IMG/VR virus record: IMGVR_UViG_2671180673_000012 | DNA length: 21,281 bases | Source of the DNA: a virus | Taxonomy: Duplodnaviria > Heunggongvirae > Uroviricota > Caudoviricetes | Strand: one strand, 5' to 3' | Part shown: piece by piece, positions 7,893-14,284 of the stretch | Position numbering within the stretch: position 1 is the first letter of the stretch | Layout of the letters: the number at the start of each line of letters is the position of its first letter | The notes under the pieces: generated by a model | Seen by the model: the letters and a program-made list of their open reading frames with translations, nothing else | The model's database searches: none | What the model was told of the DNA's origin: nothing | Position numbers and translations under genes: made by a program

Positions 7893-8933
7893 ATGGCTAA
7901 CGCCTGGCTCAGATTATGGCATGACATGCCAAATGACCCTAAGTGGCGAACAATTGCCAGGGTGTCAGGGCAGCCAATTGCAACAGTGATGGCAGTGTAT
8001 ATCCACCTTCTGGTGAGCGCGTCACGAAATGTCACGACATGTCACGGCGTGTCACTACGTGGTCACATTGATGTCACGACGGAAGATTTAGCAAGTGCGC
8101 TTGATGTGACGGAAGAAGTAATTGATTCAATTTTACAGGCAATGCAGGGGCGGGTACTTGATGGAGATTTAATCACCGGATGGGAAAAACGCCAGGTACT
8201 GAAAGAGGACAATGGCAACGTTTCACAAACCGCGAAATCCCCGGCAGAGCGCAAGAGAGCGCAGCGCGAGAGGGAAAAATTACGAAAACAGAATGAGGGG
8301 TGTCACGACGAGTCACGCATATGTCACGACATGTCACGACGAGTCACGACAGATAAAGATACAGATAAAGAATTAAACCCCACACATAACGCGCACGTGC
8401 GCGAGAGTGCTCCGACCAGTGAGTCGAGTGGTACGCCGTTGCAGGCAGCAGAACCTGCATCCCTGGATGGACTGAGCGAACCCATCGGGAAATTTCCGAT
8501 GGTCGATGACTGGCATCCGTCGCCGGATTTTCGACGACGGGCTGCGTTGTGGGGGATGGCTTTGCCGGAGCCGGAATTTACACCTGCTGAACTTGCCGCT
8601 TTCCGGGACTACTGGGCAGCGGAGGGGAAAGTTTTCACGCAGGTTCAGTGGGAGCAGAAATTCGCCCGTCACGTAAATCACGTCAGGGCGCAGGTTAAGC
8701 CAGTCAGCAAGGGGGTAAACCATGCAGCAGCACCAGGTGGCACCGCATCACGGGCAGTTCAGGAAATTCGGGCAGCACGTGAGCAGTGGGAACGTGAAAA
8801 CGGATTTATCAGCGACGGAAACGGTCTGGAAGCTGTGGGAACTCATGGGGGAGGTTTATTCGAACCGCTGGACCCAGAAGAACGGGGCCGCACCTTCGAA
8901 GCTCTGGATTGCCCAGATTGGCGCGATGACTGA
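7893..8933 (+). CDS. Replication initiation protein (O-like position) with DnaT-like C-terminal region; contains iterons
   Basis: ORF-track entry starts at GTG 7887; ATG at 7893 has an AGAGG RBS 5 nt upstream; two clusters of 10-11-bp GTCACGAC repeats lie inside the coding sequence. Confidence 0.75.
   Translation: MANAWLRLWHDMPNDPKWRTIARVSGQPIATVMAVYIHLLVSASRNVTTCHGVSLRGHIDVTTEDLASALDVTEEVIDSILQAMQGRVLDGDLITGWEKRQVLKEDNGNVSQTAKSPAERKRAQREREKLRKQNEGCHDESRICHDMSRRVTTDKDTDKELNPTHNAHVRESAPTSESSGTPLQAAEPASLDGLSEPIGKFPMVDDWHPSPDFRRRAALWGMALPEPEFTPAELAAFRDYWAAEGKVFTQVQWEQKFARHVNHVRAQVKPVSKGVNHAAAPGGTASRAVQEIRAAREQWERENGFISDGNGLEAVGTHGGGLFEPLDPEERGRTFEALDCPDWRDD
8021..8080. repeat. Iteron cluster 1: six direct repeats of (T)GTCACGNC at 10-11 bp spacing
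   Basis: GTCAC(G) cores start at 8021, 8031, 8041, 8051, 8062 and 8073. Confidence 0.6.
8302..8370. repeat. Iteron cluster 2: five GTCACGAC repeats followed by an AT-rich AGATAAAG doublet
   Basis: GTCACG cores at 8302, 8312, 8323, 8333 and 8343; AGATAAAG at 8351 and 8363. Confidence 0.6.
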
Positions 8934-9387
8934 ACAGCAAATCCGGCTGGTCTGCCGTCAGTGCATGGACCGCTGCCGGGCGGGTGAAACGTGGCCCCCG
9001 GACCTAGCTGAGTTTGTTGCACTGATTTCGGAGAGTGGGGCAAATCCATTTGGTCTTACGGTGGATGCAGTGATGGAAGAGTACCGGCGCTGGCGCAATG
9101 AATCCTGGCGATACGACGGGAGTGATAAATACCCGTGGCCACAGCCTGTGCTGTACCACATCTGCCTCGAAATGCGTACCAGAGGGATTGAGCGCCAGAT
9201 GACGCAGGGTGAGTTAAAACGACTTGCAGAACGGCAACTGACGAAATGGGCAAAGCATGTTGGTAACGGGATGAGTGTTCCGCCAGTGCGACGACAACTG
9301 GAAGGGGCGAAACACCCGCAAGGGCCAACGCCAATTGAACGGCTGAAACAGGAATACGAACGCCGGAAGGCAGCTGGTTTTATTTGA
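8722..9387 (+). CDS. Replication protein P-like (DnaB helicase loader family)
   Basis: Resembles lambda P as recalled (WIAQIGAMTEQQIRLVCRQ ... WPPDLAEFVALISE ... KYPWPQP); GGGGG RBS 6 nt upstream of ATG at 8722; start uncertain (alternatives at 8845 and 8926) because the ORF overlaps the upstream gene by 212 nt. Confidence 0.65.
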   Translation: MQQHQVAPHHGQFRKFGQHVSSGNVKTDLSATETVWKLWELMGEVYSNRWTQKNGAAPSKLWIAQIGAMTEQQIRLVCRQCMDRCRAGETWPPDLAEFVALISESGANPFGLTVDAVMEEYRRWRNESWRYDGSDKYPWPQPVLYHICLEMRTRGIERQMTQGELKRLAERQLTKWAKHVGNGMSVPPVRRQLEGAKHPQGPTPIERLKQEYERRKAAGFI

Positions 9388-9420
9388 ATCTGAGAAACGA
9401 TTTTGTCGGAGGAAATTTTA

Positions 9421-10146
9421 ATGGAAACCGTATTTGACGTACTGAAAGCACTGAAAAGAGCCTCTTCACAGGTAGTGGCGGCCCGCCTTGGAATCAGCCG
9501 TAAAGATGCGATCAACGAACTGTGGAAACTGAAGCGCCGCGGTGAAGCGGATAACAAGGGTTCGATGTGGTGGCTGATTCAGGCTGGTGAAAGTGAACCG
9601 GTGTCACCGGTACCGAAAGTGACAGCGCAAATGCTGACTGAGGCGATTGAACAACATGGCCCACAAACGGCGGATGAGCTGGCACTGATGTTCGGGATTA
9701 CCTCCCGCCGGGCGAATTCATCGCTGGCCATGGCAATCAGCAAAGGGCGTCTGATTCGCGTGAATCAGGGCGGTAAATTTCGTTACTGCATACCGGGCGC
9801 TGATTTACCGGCAGAGCCGGAAGCTGCATCCGTAGCGGAAACCGATGGTAAAGCCTTTCCTCAGCCAGCAGGTGTTGCGTTACCAGTTCGGGAAGCAGAA
9901 ACACAGGAAGAAATAAAAACGGAAAGTGTGGCGGTCACAGTGCAGTCACAGCCGTCGTTCACCAGAAAACATCCGGATGGTCTGATTTTACCATCGCTGT
10001 ATGTGACTAACCGTGAGCTGCGCCGGGCAAAAGGTCAGGTTCAGAAGTGGGAGCGAGTCTGCGCCGCGCTGCGGGAGCTGAATAAACACCGGGATATTTT
10101 CAGTTCGATTGCTGATATTCCGGTTCATTCACCGACAACAAAGTGA
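9421..10146 (+). CDS. Hypothetical protein with two winged-helix-like repeats
   Basis: ORF-track entry starts at TTG 9403; ATG at 9421 has a GGAGG RBS 8 nt upstream; internal repeat of a (V/L)xxxLxxxxxxxxxELAxxxGISRKDA-type segment. Confidence 0.6.
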   Translation: METVFDVLKALKRASSQVVAARLGISRKDAINELWKLKRRGEADNKGSMWWLIQAGESEPVSPVPKVTAQMLTEAIEQHGPQTADELALMFGITSRRANSSLAMAISKGRLIRVNQGGKFRYCIPGADLPAEPEAASVAETDGKAFPQPAGVALPVREAETQEEIKTESVAVTVQSQPSFTRKHPDGLILPSLYVTNRELRRAKGQVQKWERVCAALRELNKHRDIFSSIADIPVHSPTTK

Positions 10147-10161
10147 TCTCCGGAGGTGCTT

Positions 10162-10584
10162 ATGACAAGAGCATTTACACCAGAAGAGCGGGAAAAAATT
10201 AAGGGGCTGATCGTGGAATTCGTACGCCTTAACGGACGAGGCACGATTCGGCAGTTATCGGATGAAATTGGTGTCAGTCATGCGTCTGTCGGTCGTTTAT
10301 GCATGGAGCTGGCCGCCAGTGGTGATGTTTACAATTCCGGTTACGGAGTATTCCCGTCTGAGCAGGCGCGCAAGGACTGGCAAAACGCCCGCAAAAAACT
10401 CTCAAGGGCAAAGCTGAAGAAACCATCTGTGGTTGATCCGGACCTTATCTGGCTATTACCAGACGGCGAAATACGCCGCTACGACAGGCGCCTAAACATA
10501 ATCTGTCGCGAGTGCCGGAAGAGTGAAGCTATGCAGCGTGTACTGGCTTTCTATCAGGGTAATTTTCAGGAGACGGTACTGTGA
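10162..10584 (+). CDS. Hypothetical protein (winged-helix-like N-terminus)
   Basis: ATG at 10162 with GGAGG RBS 5 nt upstream (ORF-track entry starts at GTG 10156). Confidence 0.6.
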   Translation: MTRAFTPEEREKIKGLIVEFVRLNGRGTIRQLSDEIGVSHASVGRLCMELAASGDVYNSGYGVFPSEQARKDWQNARKKLSRAKLKKPSVVDPDLIWLLPDGEIRRYDRRLNIICRECRKSEAMQRVLAFYQGNFQETVL

Positions 10585-10641
10585 GTGAAATTAGCTATCA
10601 GGCTTCAATTACCGCTGGCATTCGCATCAAAGGAGAGGAGC

Positions 10642-10941
10642 ATGGAAATAAAACCAGAGGATGAGTTAAGCAATATCGTTTTATTTCCGGTAAAAGAGGA
10701 TGACCCTCGTAATCAGGTTAATTTTCTTTATGAGCCATCGGAAAGACCATATTGTCATCACGCCTCTGTTCGGGTTGACGAAAAAGAGCGTCAGGTCCGC
10801 TGTAAAATCTGCGGTGCAGTTGTGGAGCCGTTTGACTGGATGCTCTCTGTGGCGAAAAGAGAAACCAGACTGGCAGATGATGTAAGGCTATTGCGCCAGG
10901 AGGAACAGGAAAGGCGGAAAAATATAGAAAAGTTAATTTAG
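10642..10941 (+). CDS. Small hypothetical protein with putative zinc-binding C/H cluster
   Basis: ATG at 10642 preceded by GGAGAGGAG; CHH ... CKICG motif; ORF-track entry begins at an upstream GTG. Confidence 0.5.
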   Translation: MEIKPEDELSNIVLFPVKEDDPRNQVNFLYEPSERPYCHHASVRVDEKERQVRCKICGAVVEPFDWMLSVAKRETRLADDVRLLRQEEQERRKNIEKLI

Positions 10942-11093
10942 ATTGAGCGTAACGCGAAAGCGCGGATATGCAGGGCGACAAAATCCAGAACTGAATAATT
11001 AAATTTAGCACTGTAAATAAAATCAAATCCTTAACCGGAGGGATTTCTGCACCCTCAGAACATCAGGAGGCCGTCCGAAAGGGCGGTAGTGAA

Positions 11094-11276
11094 ATGCGAA
11101 AATTCAAAATAATTATTGAAACGGGAATAGCCGGTGGAGATTTCGAGGATGAATTCGAAGTGGATGATGATGCAACACCAGATGAAATACAGGATGAAGC
11201 TAAAGATATTTTCTTTAACTACTGCAATTACTCATACCACGAAATAAAAGACGAAGAGGAAGAACAAAATGGCTGA
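11094..11276 (+). CDS. Small acidic hypothetical protein
   Basis: 60-aa ORF rich in D/E; GGAGG lies 23 nt upstream but is separated from the ATG by a GAAA-tetraloop hairpin. Confidence 0.4.
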   Translation: MRKFKIIIETGIAGGDFEDEFEVDDDATPDEIQDEAKDIFFNYCNYSYHEIKDEEEEQNG

Positions 11277-11445
11277 TTTTGGTTCAACTAAATATAACGC
11301 CAGTTTTGAAGAATGGCATGAACTGTTAATGGATTATGCAGAGTTACGCGGTGGAAGTGCCGCTGATGCTGAAGCATGGCGTGATGATTATGAAGCAGGG
11401 AAAACACCGGTCGAAGCATATTGTGATGAGTGGGGCGATGAATGA
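11269..11445 (+). CDS. Small hypothetical protein (58 aa)
   Basis: Hand-translated ORF MADFGSTKYNASFEEWHELLMDYAELRGGSAADAEAWRDDYEAGKTPVEAYCDEWGDE; GAGGAAG RBS; start and stop both overlap neighbours; below the ORF-track cutoff. Confidence 0.45.
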   Translation: MADFGSTKYNASFEEWHELLMDYAELRGGSAADAEAWRDDYEAGKTPVEAYCDEWGDE

Positions 11446-11801
11446 GCGAGATTAATTATCAGGAAGGGCATGAAAAGGTAGGGCAGGCAAAACCAGTGGC
11501 ATGGCGATATCGCTACGTGAAAAAAGGCGTTACAGACTTTCAGGGGAAGCAGTGGGTTGGTGACTGGAAATATGTCCCGACAAAAGAGGATTGTAACGAC
11601 AGACCAAACTATGAAATTCAGGCGTTATTCACGGCCCCGCCAGCTTCGGTGACATCAGAAGGACTGGTTAAAGCTGTGCGCTTTTATGAACAGGTACGGC
11701 GTGAGGATCCGCCAGTTGAAACCGGAGCATGGAAAGACGCTATTGACTGGGTACTCAAGGAGGCCTGCCTGGTTGTAAACACGGGCATCAAAGGAGGCTG
11801 A
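11442..11801 (+). CDS. Hypothetical phage protein (119 aa)
   Basis: ATG overlaps upstream stop (ATGA); continuous ORF in the coupled gene run. Confidence 0.6.
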   Translation: MSEINYQEGHEKVGQAKPVAWRYRYVKKGVTDFQGKQWVGDWKYVPTKEDCNDRPNYEIQALFTAPPASVTSEGLVKAVRFYEQVRREDPPVETGAWKDAIDWVLKEACLVVNTGIKGG

Positions 11802-12017
11802 ATGGGTATTGCCGCAAGTTATACCATGCATCTCTATTGTGATTGCCGCCAGTGTACGGATGGCAAATATCAGTCGCCAGATTTTGGTGAGTATATCGGT
11901 ACGTCATGGGCTGGCTGTGCAAAAGAGGCACGTAAAGATGGGTGGCGAATAAGTGCCGACAAAACGCGTGCTTTTGCGCCAGGGCATAAAATTTTGAGGA
12001 GCAACAAAGGAGAGTGA
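11802..12017 (+). CDS. Small Cys-rich hypothetical protein
   Basis: AAGGAGG RBS 4 nt upstream; start immediately follows the previous stop; CDCRQC motif. Confidence 0.55.
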   Translation: MGIAASYTMHLYCDCRQCTDGKYQSPDFGEYIGTSWAGCAKEARKDGWRISADKTRAFAPGHKILRSNKGE

Positions 12018-12018
12018 T

Positions 12019-12237
12019 GTGCCTACATTATTCAGAAAAGAATATCCGCGAAAAAGTAGAGCGACAGAATTTTTGTTTCTCATTCTGTTTATCGTGTTGA
12101 TGATACCGATATCCCCGTTAATTCTGGTATGGGGAATCGGAAAAATAATTGAGCCAGTTATTGAATTGTATAACGACGTGGTATGGACTCCGTTCAACAC
12201 ACTGCACAATAAAATTAATCCGTATAAGGAAAACTGA
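12019..12237 (+). CDS. Small predicted membrane protein
   Basis: GTG start with AGGAG RBS 6 nt upstream; hydrophobic segment FLFLILFIVLMIPISPLILVWGIG. Confidence 0.45.
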   Translation: MPTLFRKEYPRKSRATEFLFLILFIVLMIPISPLILVWGIGKIIEPVIELYNDVVWTPFNTLHNKINPYKEN

Positions 12238-12238
12238 T

Positions 12239-12502
12239 ATGGCAACTTTGACAAAAAAAGAACAGGCATGGTTGAACGAATTACAGGACGTTCTTGATCG
12301 CTGTCCATCACCGAAAAAAATTGGTTTTTACACCATTGGCGATAAAAGCATTTACCTGTATGACCTGCGCCGCATGGATGAAATCATGGAGGCTCTTGAT
12401 AATCGTTCGTCAATGGATTGGTGTGTTGCTGTCCATGATATGAATGCAGGGTTTGATGAAAAGATTTTGTTCCCGTCATCAGTTGAAAGCACTGCGGGTT
12501 AA
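12239..12502 (+). CDS. Hypothetical protein (87 aa)
   Basis: ATG at 12239 with AAGGA RBS 8 nt upstream; the ORF-track entry 12149..12502 is an upstream in-frame extension overlapping the previous gene. Confidence 0.55.
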   Translation: MATLTKKEQAWLNELQDVLDRCPSPKKIGFYTIGDKSIYLYDLRRMDEIMEALDNRSSMDWCVAVHDMNAGFDEKILFPSSVESTAG

Positions 12503-12512
12503 GGAGTAACAC

Positions 12513-12680
12513 ATGACCACTATTACCAAAGAACGTATTGAATTGTTCATTAAAAACCCGCTTGAAAACGGGCTTACCCGTGGTGAACAAATGGAACTGG
12601 CACGGATTGCGCTGGCATCGCTGGAAGCAGAGCCGGTTGTGTTCTGGTTTGAAAAATATCAAGAAGGGGCTACGGCATGA
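12513..12680 (+). CDS. Small hypothetical protein (55 aa), paralogous to the next gene
   Basis: Hand-translated [58 protein letters not shown]; AAGGAG RBS 6 nt upstream; stop overlaps next start (ATGA). Confidence 0.45.
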   Translation: MTTITKERIELFIKNPLENGLTRGEQMELARIALASLEAEPVVFWFEKYQEGATA

Positions 12681-13021
12681 CGACTTTTACCAGAGAGCAG
12701 TTAATAGCTCACGCAGAGGAGACTATTGAAGCACAGAGACTGTGCATACCGGGCACAATCGACCATGACATCATCCGCACATATAAGATGGATATTGCTG
12801 TTCTGGAAATCGCACTGGTATCGCTGGCAGCAGAGCCAGCCGGTAAATTGCATGAATACAAACCAGTGGGATATCAGCGTCTGGTCGATGAGTTAACCAT
12901 GCTGGTAAAGCAGTTAACCTGGCAACTGAGGAAAGCGAAGCCAGACTGCAAATTACCGGATAAGGCGATGAGTTATCTGGAGCGGAACGGACTGATAAGC
13001 GTGGAGGATATTTTACGATGA
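12677..13021 (+). CDS. Hypothetical protein (114 aa), paralogous N-terminus to the preceding gene
   Basis: Starts [18 protein letters not shown] ... [15 protein letters not shown], sharing the MTT and L(A/V)SL(E/A)AEP motifs with the upstream small ORF. Confidence 0.55.
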   Translation: MTTFTREQLIAHAEETIEAQRLCIPGTIDHDIIRTYKMDIAVLEIALVSLAAEPAGKLHEYKPVGYQRLVDELTMLVKQLTWQLRKAKPDCKLPDKAMSYLERNGLISVEDILR

Positions 13022-13101
13022 CCTGGCCTGAAGCATTAACAACGGTAGGAATTGCGATGGCGGTGGCGCTGGTGGTGTATTCGATTTGCCGCTGGGGATA
13101 A
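13018..13101 (+). CDS. Possible 27-aa hydrophobic micro-protein
   Basis: ATGA-coupled [30 protein letters not shown]; no independent RBS; speculative. Confidence 0.3.
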   Translation: MTWPEALTTVGIAMAVALVVYSICRWG

Positions 13102-13107
13102 AAACGG

Positions 13108-13136
13108 TTTGCGGGAAAAGGAGAGTTAAGTAGAAT
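13108..13136 (+). promoter_or_regulatory. Candidate hok mRNA promoter
   Basis: TTTGCG, 17-nt spacer, TAGAAT; predicted start just upstream of a GCUUGAGGCU-like leader resembling the 5' end of hok-family mRNAs. Confidence 0.35.
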
Positions 13137-13194
13137 TGCAGCGGGTGCTTGAGGCTATCTGTCTCAGGCATGAACACCAAAAGGCAGATAGAGA

Positions 13195-13265
13195 AAAGCC
13201 CCAGTTAACATTACGCGTCCGGCAAGACGCTTAACATTAATCTGAGGCCATATCTATGCTCTACA
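13195..13265 (-). ncRNA. Putative Sok-like antisense RNA region (approximate)
   Basis: Inferred only from hok/sok architecture, where the antisense RNA overlaps the mok-like start region of the leader; boundaries not determinable from sequence. Confidence 0.3.
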
Positions 13266-13312
13266 CACGTAGGTTAGCCTCTTACGTGCCGAAAGGCAAG
13301 GAGAAGCAGGCT

Positions 13313-13468
13313 ATGAAGCAGCAAAAGGCGATGCTAATCGCCCTGATCGTCATCTGTTTAACCGTCATTGTGACGGCACTGGTAACGAGGAAAGACCTCT
13401 GCGAGGTACGAATCCGAACCGGCCAGACGGAGGTCGCTGTCTTCACAGCTTACGAACCTGAGGAGTAA
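13313..13468 (+). CDS. hokD: Hok/Gef-family type I toxin (51 aa)
   Basis: MKQQKAMLIALIVICLTVIVTALVTRKDLCEVRIRTGQTEVAVFTAYEPEE: single transmembrane helix plus conserved RK(D/S)LCE(V/I)R motif; AGGAG RBS 9 nt upstream; the ORF-track entry from 13256 is an in-frame mok-like extension. The hokD/relF assignment is from recalled sequence. Confidence 0.85.
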   Translation: MKQQKAMLIALIVICLTVIVTALVTRKDLCEVRIRTGQTEVAVFTAYEPEE

Positions 13469-13536
13469 GAGACCCGGCGGGGGAGTAATCTCCCGCCACC
13501 TCTGATGTGCCAGGCATCCTCAACGCACCCGCACTT

Positions 13537-13558
13537 AACCCGCTTCGGCGGGTTTTTG
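13537..13558 (+). terminator. Rho-independent terminator (copy 1 of duplicated terminator)
   Basis: ACCCGC-TTCG-GCGGGT hairpin followed by TTTTT. Confidence 0.7.
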
Positions 13559-13569
13559 CATTAGTCTGG

Positions 13570-13598
13570 TTGACAAAAATAGAAAAATGCGAAAATAT
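13570..13598 (+). promoter_or_regulatory. Candidate promoter of the AT-rich two-gene insert
   Basis: Perfect TTGACA -35, 17-nt spacer, weak AAATAT -10, about 35 nt upstream of the 13634 ATG. Confidence 0.35.
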
Positions 13599-13633
13599 GT
13601 GGTTTACGAATTCTAAAAAAAGCGAAACTTGAA

Positions 13634-14284
13634 ATGAATGAAAATCAGTTAGCTCCTTGTTGGGAATTTCAACCTTATCTTGCTGAAAACTATGTTCGCC
13701 ACTTGTTGGCGGAGATCGCTAACGTACTTGAGCAGCTGTACTATCATAAGCACGCATTAGACAGCAACTGGTCTGAAGGTGTAAGGGCTTATGATTGGGT
13801 CAGAAATCATCTTATTCAAAATGAAGATGCAATTCCTGGCCTTGAGATGATTTCCAAGGGGTTGGACTATGTAGTTGCTTTAAATAAAGTTCCGCTACAA
13901 TTTACCAAAGATTGCATTAATAACCCCAAAAAGAAACATCGTCTGCGTCGAAATAAAGTAGAGTATGAGCAGCTCTCATTGTTTGGTGATGTTGAGGCTG
14001 AGCAAGATATTACATGGCGAGTCATAGCTGAGCCTTTTTTATCCGAAGAGGGCGATGGTGAATTAGAGTCCACACTGCCTCGTTGGGAGGTAGCTCTTGT
14101 TGGATTTAATACTTATGGTGCTCAGATTAGTATAGTTTCTCATCAATCTACAGCATCGATGCCGCTTATGCCTCTTGATTATAACACACTCCCTGACGAA
14201 GCGGAGATTAATAAGGTGCCTCTTCGCCGGCGTACGAAGGATAAAGATTTGGATGTGAGCAGTGATGGAACATCAGGTGAATAA
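13634..14284 (+). CDS. Hypothetical protein (216 aa), first gene of the insert; candidate effector/toxin partner
   Basis: Continuous ORF; about 33% GC over the first 60 nt against about 50% in flanking phage genes; no domain recognised by eye; 3' end overlaps the downstream gene by 20 nt. Confidence 0.6.
   Translation: MNENQLAPCWEFQPYLAENYVRHLLAEIANVLEQLYYHKHALDSNWSEGVRAYDWVRNHLIQNEDAIPGLEMISKGLDYVVALNKVPLQFTKDCINNPKKKHRLRRNKVEYEQLSLFGDVEAEQDITWRVIAEPFLSEEGDGELESTLPRWEVALVGFNTYGAQISIVSHQSTASMPLMPLDYNTLPDEAEINKVPLRRRTKDKDLDVSSDGTSGE

Noticed and set aside
7523-8254. ORFs 7523..7729 (+), 7832..8035 (-), 8063..8254 (-)
   Set aside because: Nested in or antisense to the YdaT-like and replication initiator genes; the minus ones lie across the iteron clusters, whose repetitiveness creates open frames.
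8021-8350. Short direct repeats considered as a possible CRISPR array
   Set aside because: Repeat unit is only about 10 bp with no unique spacers, no leader or cas genes, and it lies inside a coding sequence; iterons are the better explanation.
8373-9557. Minus-strand ORFs 8373..8723, 8843..9049, 8958..9557, 9056..9334
   Set aside because: Antisense to the initiator and P-like genes in GC-rich sequence; no RBS or homology.
10700-11026. ORFs 10700..10885 (+) and 10718..11026 (-)
   Set aside because: Overlap the better-supported 10642..10941 gene (strong RBS, zinc-binding motif); no independent support.
11904-12662. Minus-strand ORFs 11904..12311 and 12384..12662, and plus-strand ORF 12538..12729
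   Set aside because: Antisense to, or out of frame with, a tightly coupled plus-strand gene run that has consistent RBSs.
13256-13312. Upstream in-frame extension of hok (70-aa ORF in the supplied track)
   Set aside because: Not taken as the Hok start: the toxin family is about 50 aa and an AGGAG RBS precedes the internal ATG at 13313; the extension is interpreted as a mok-like leader reading frame.
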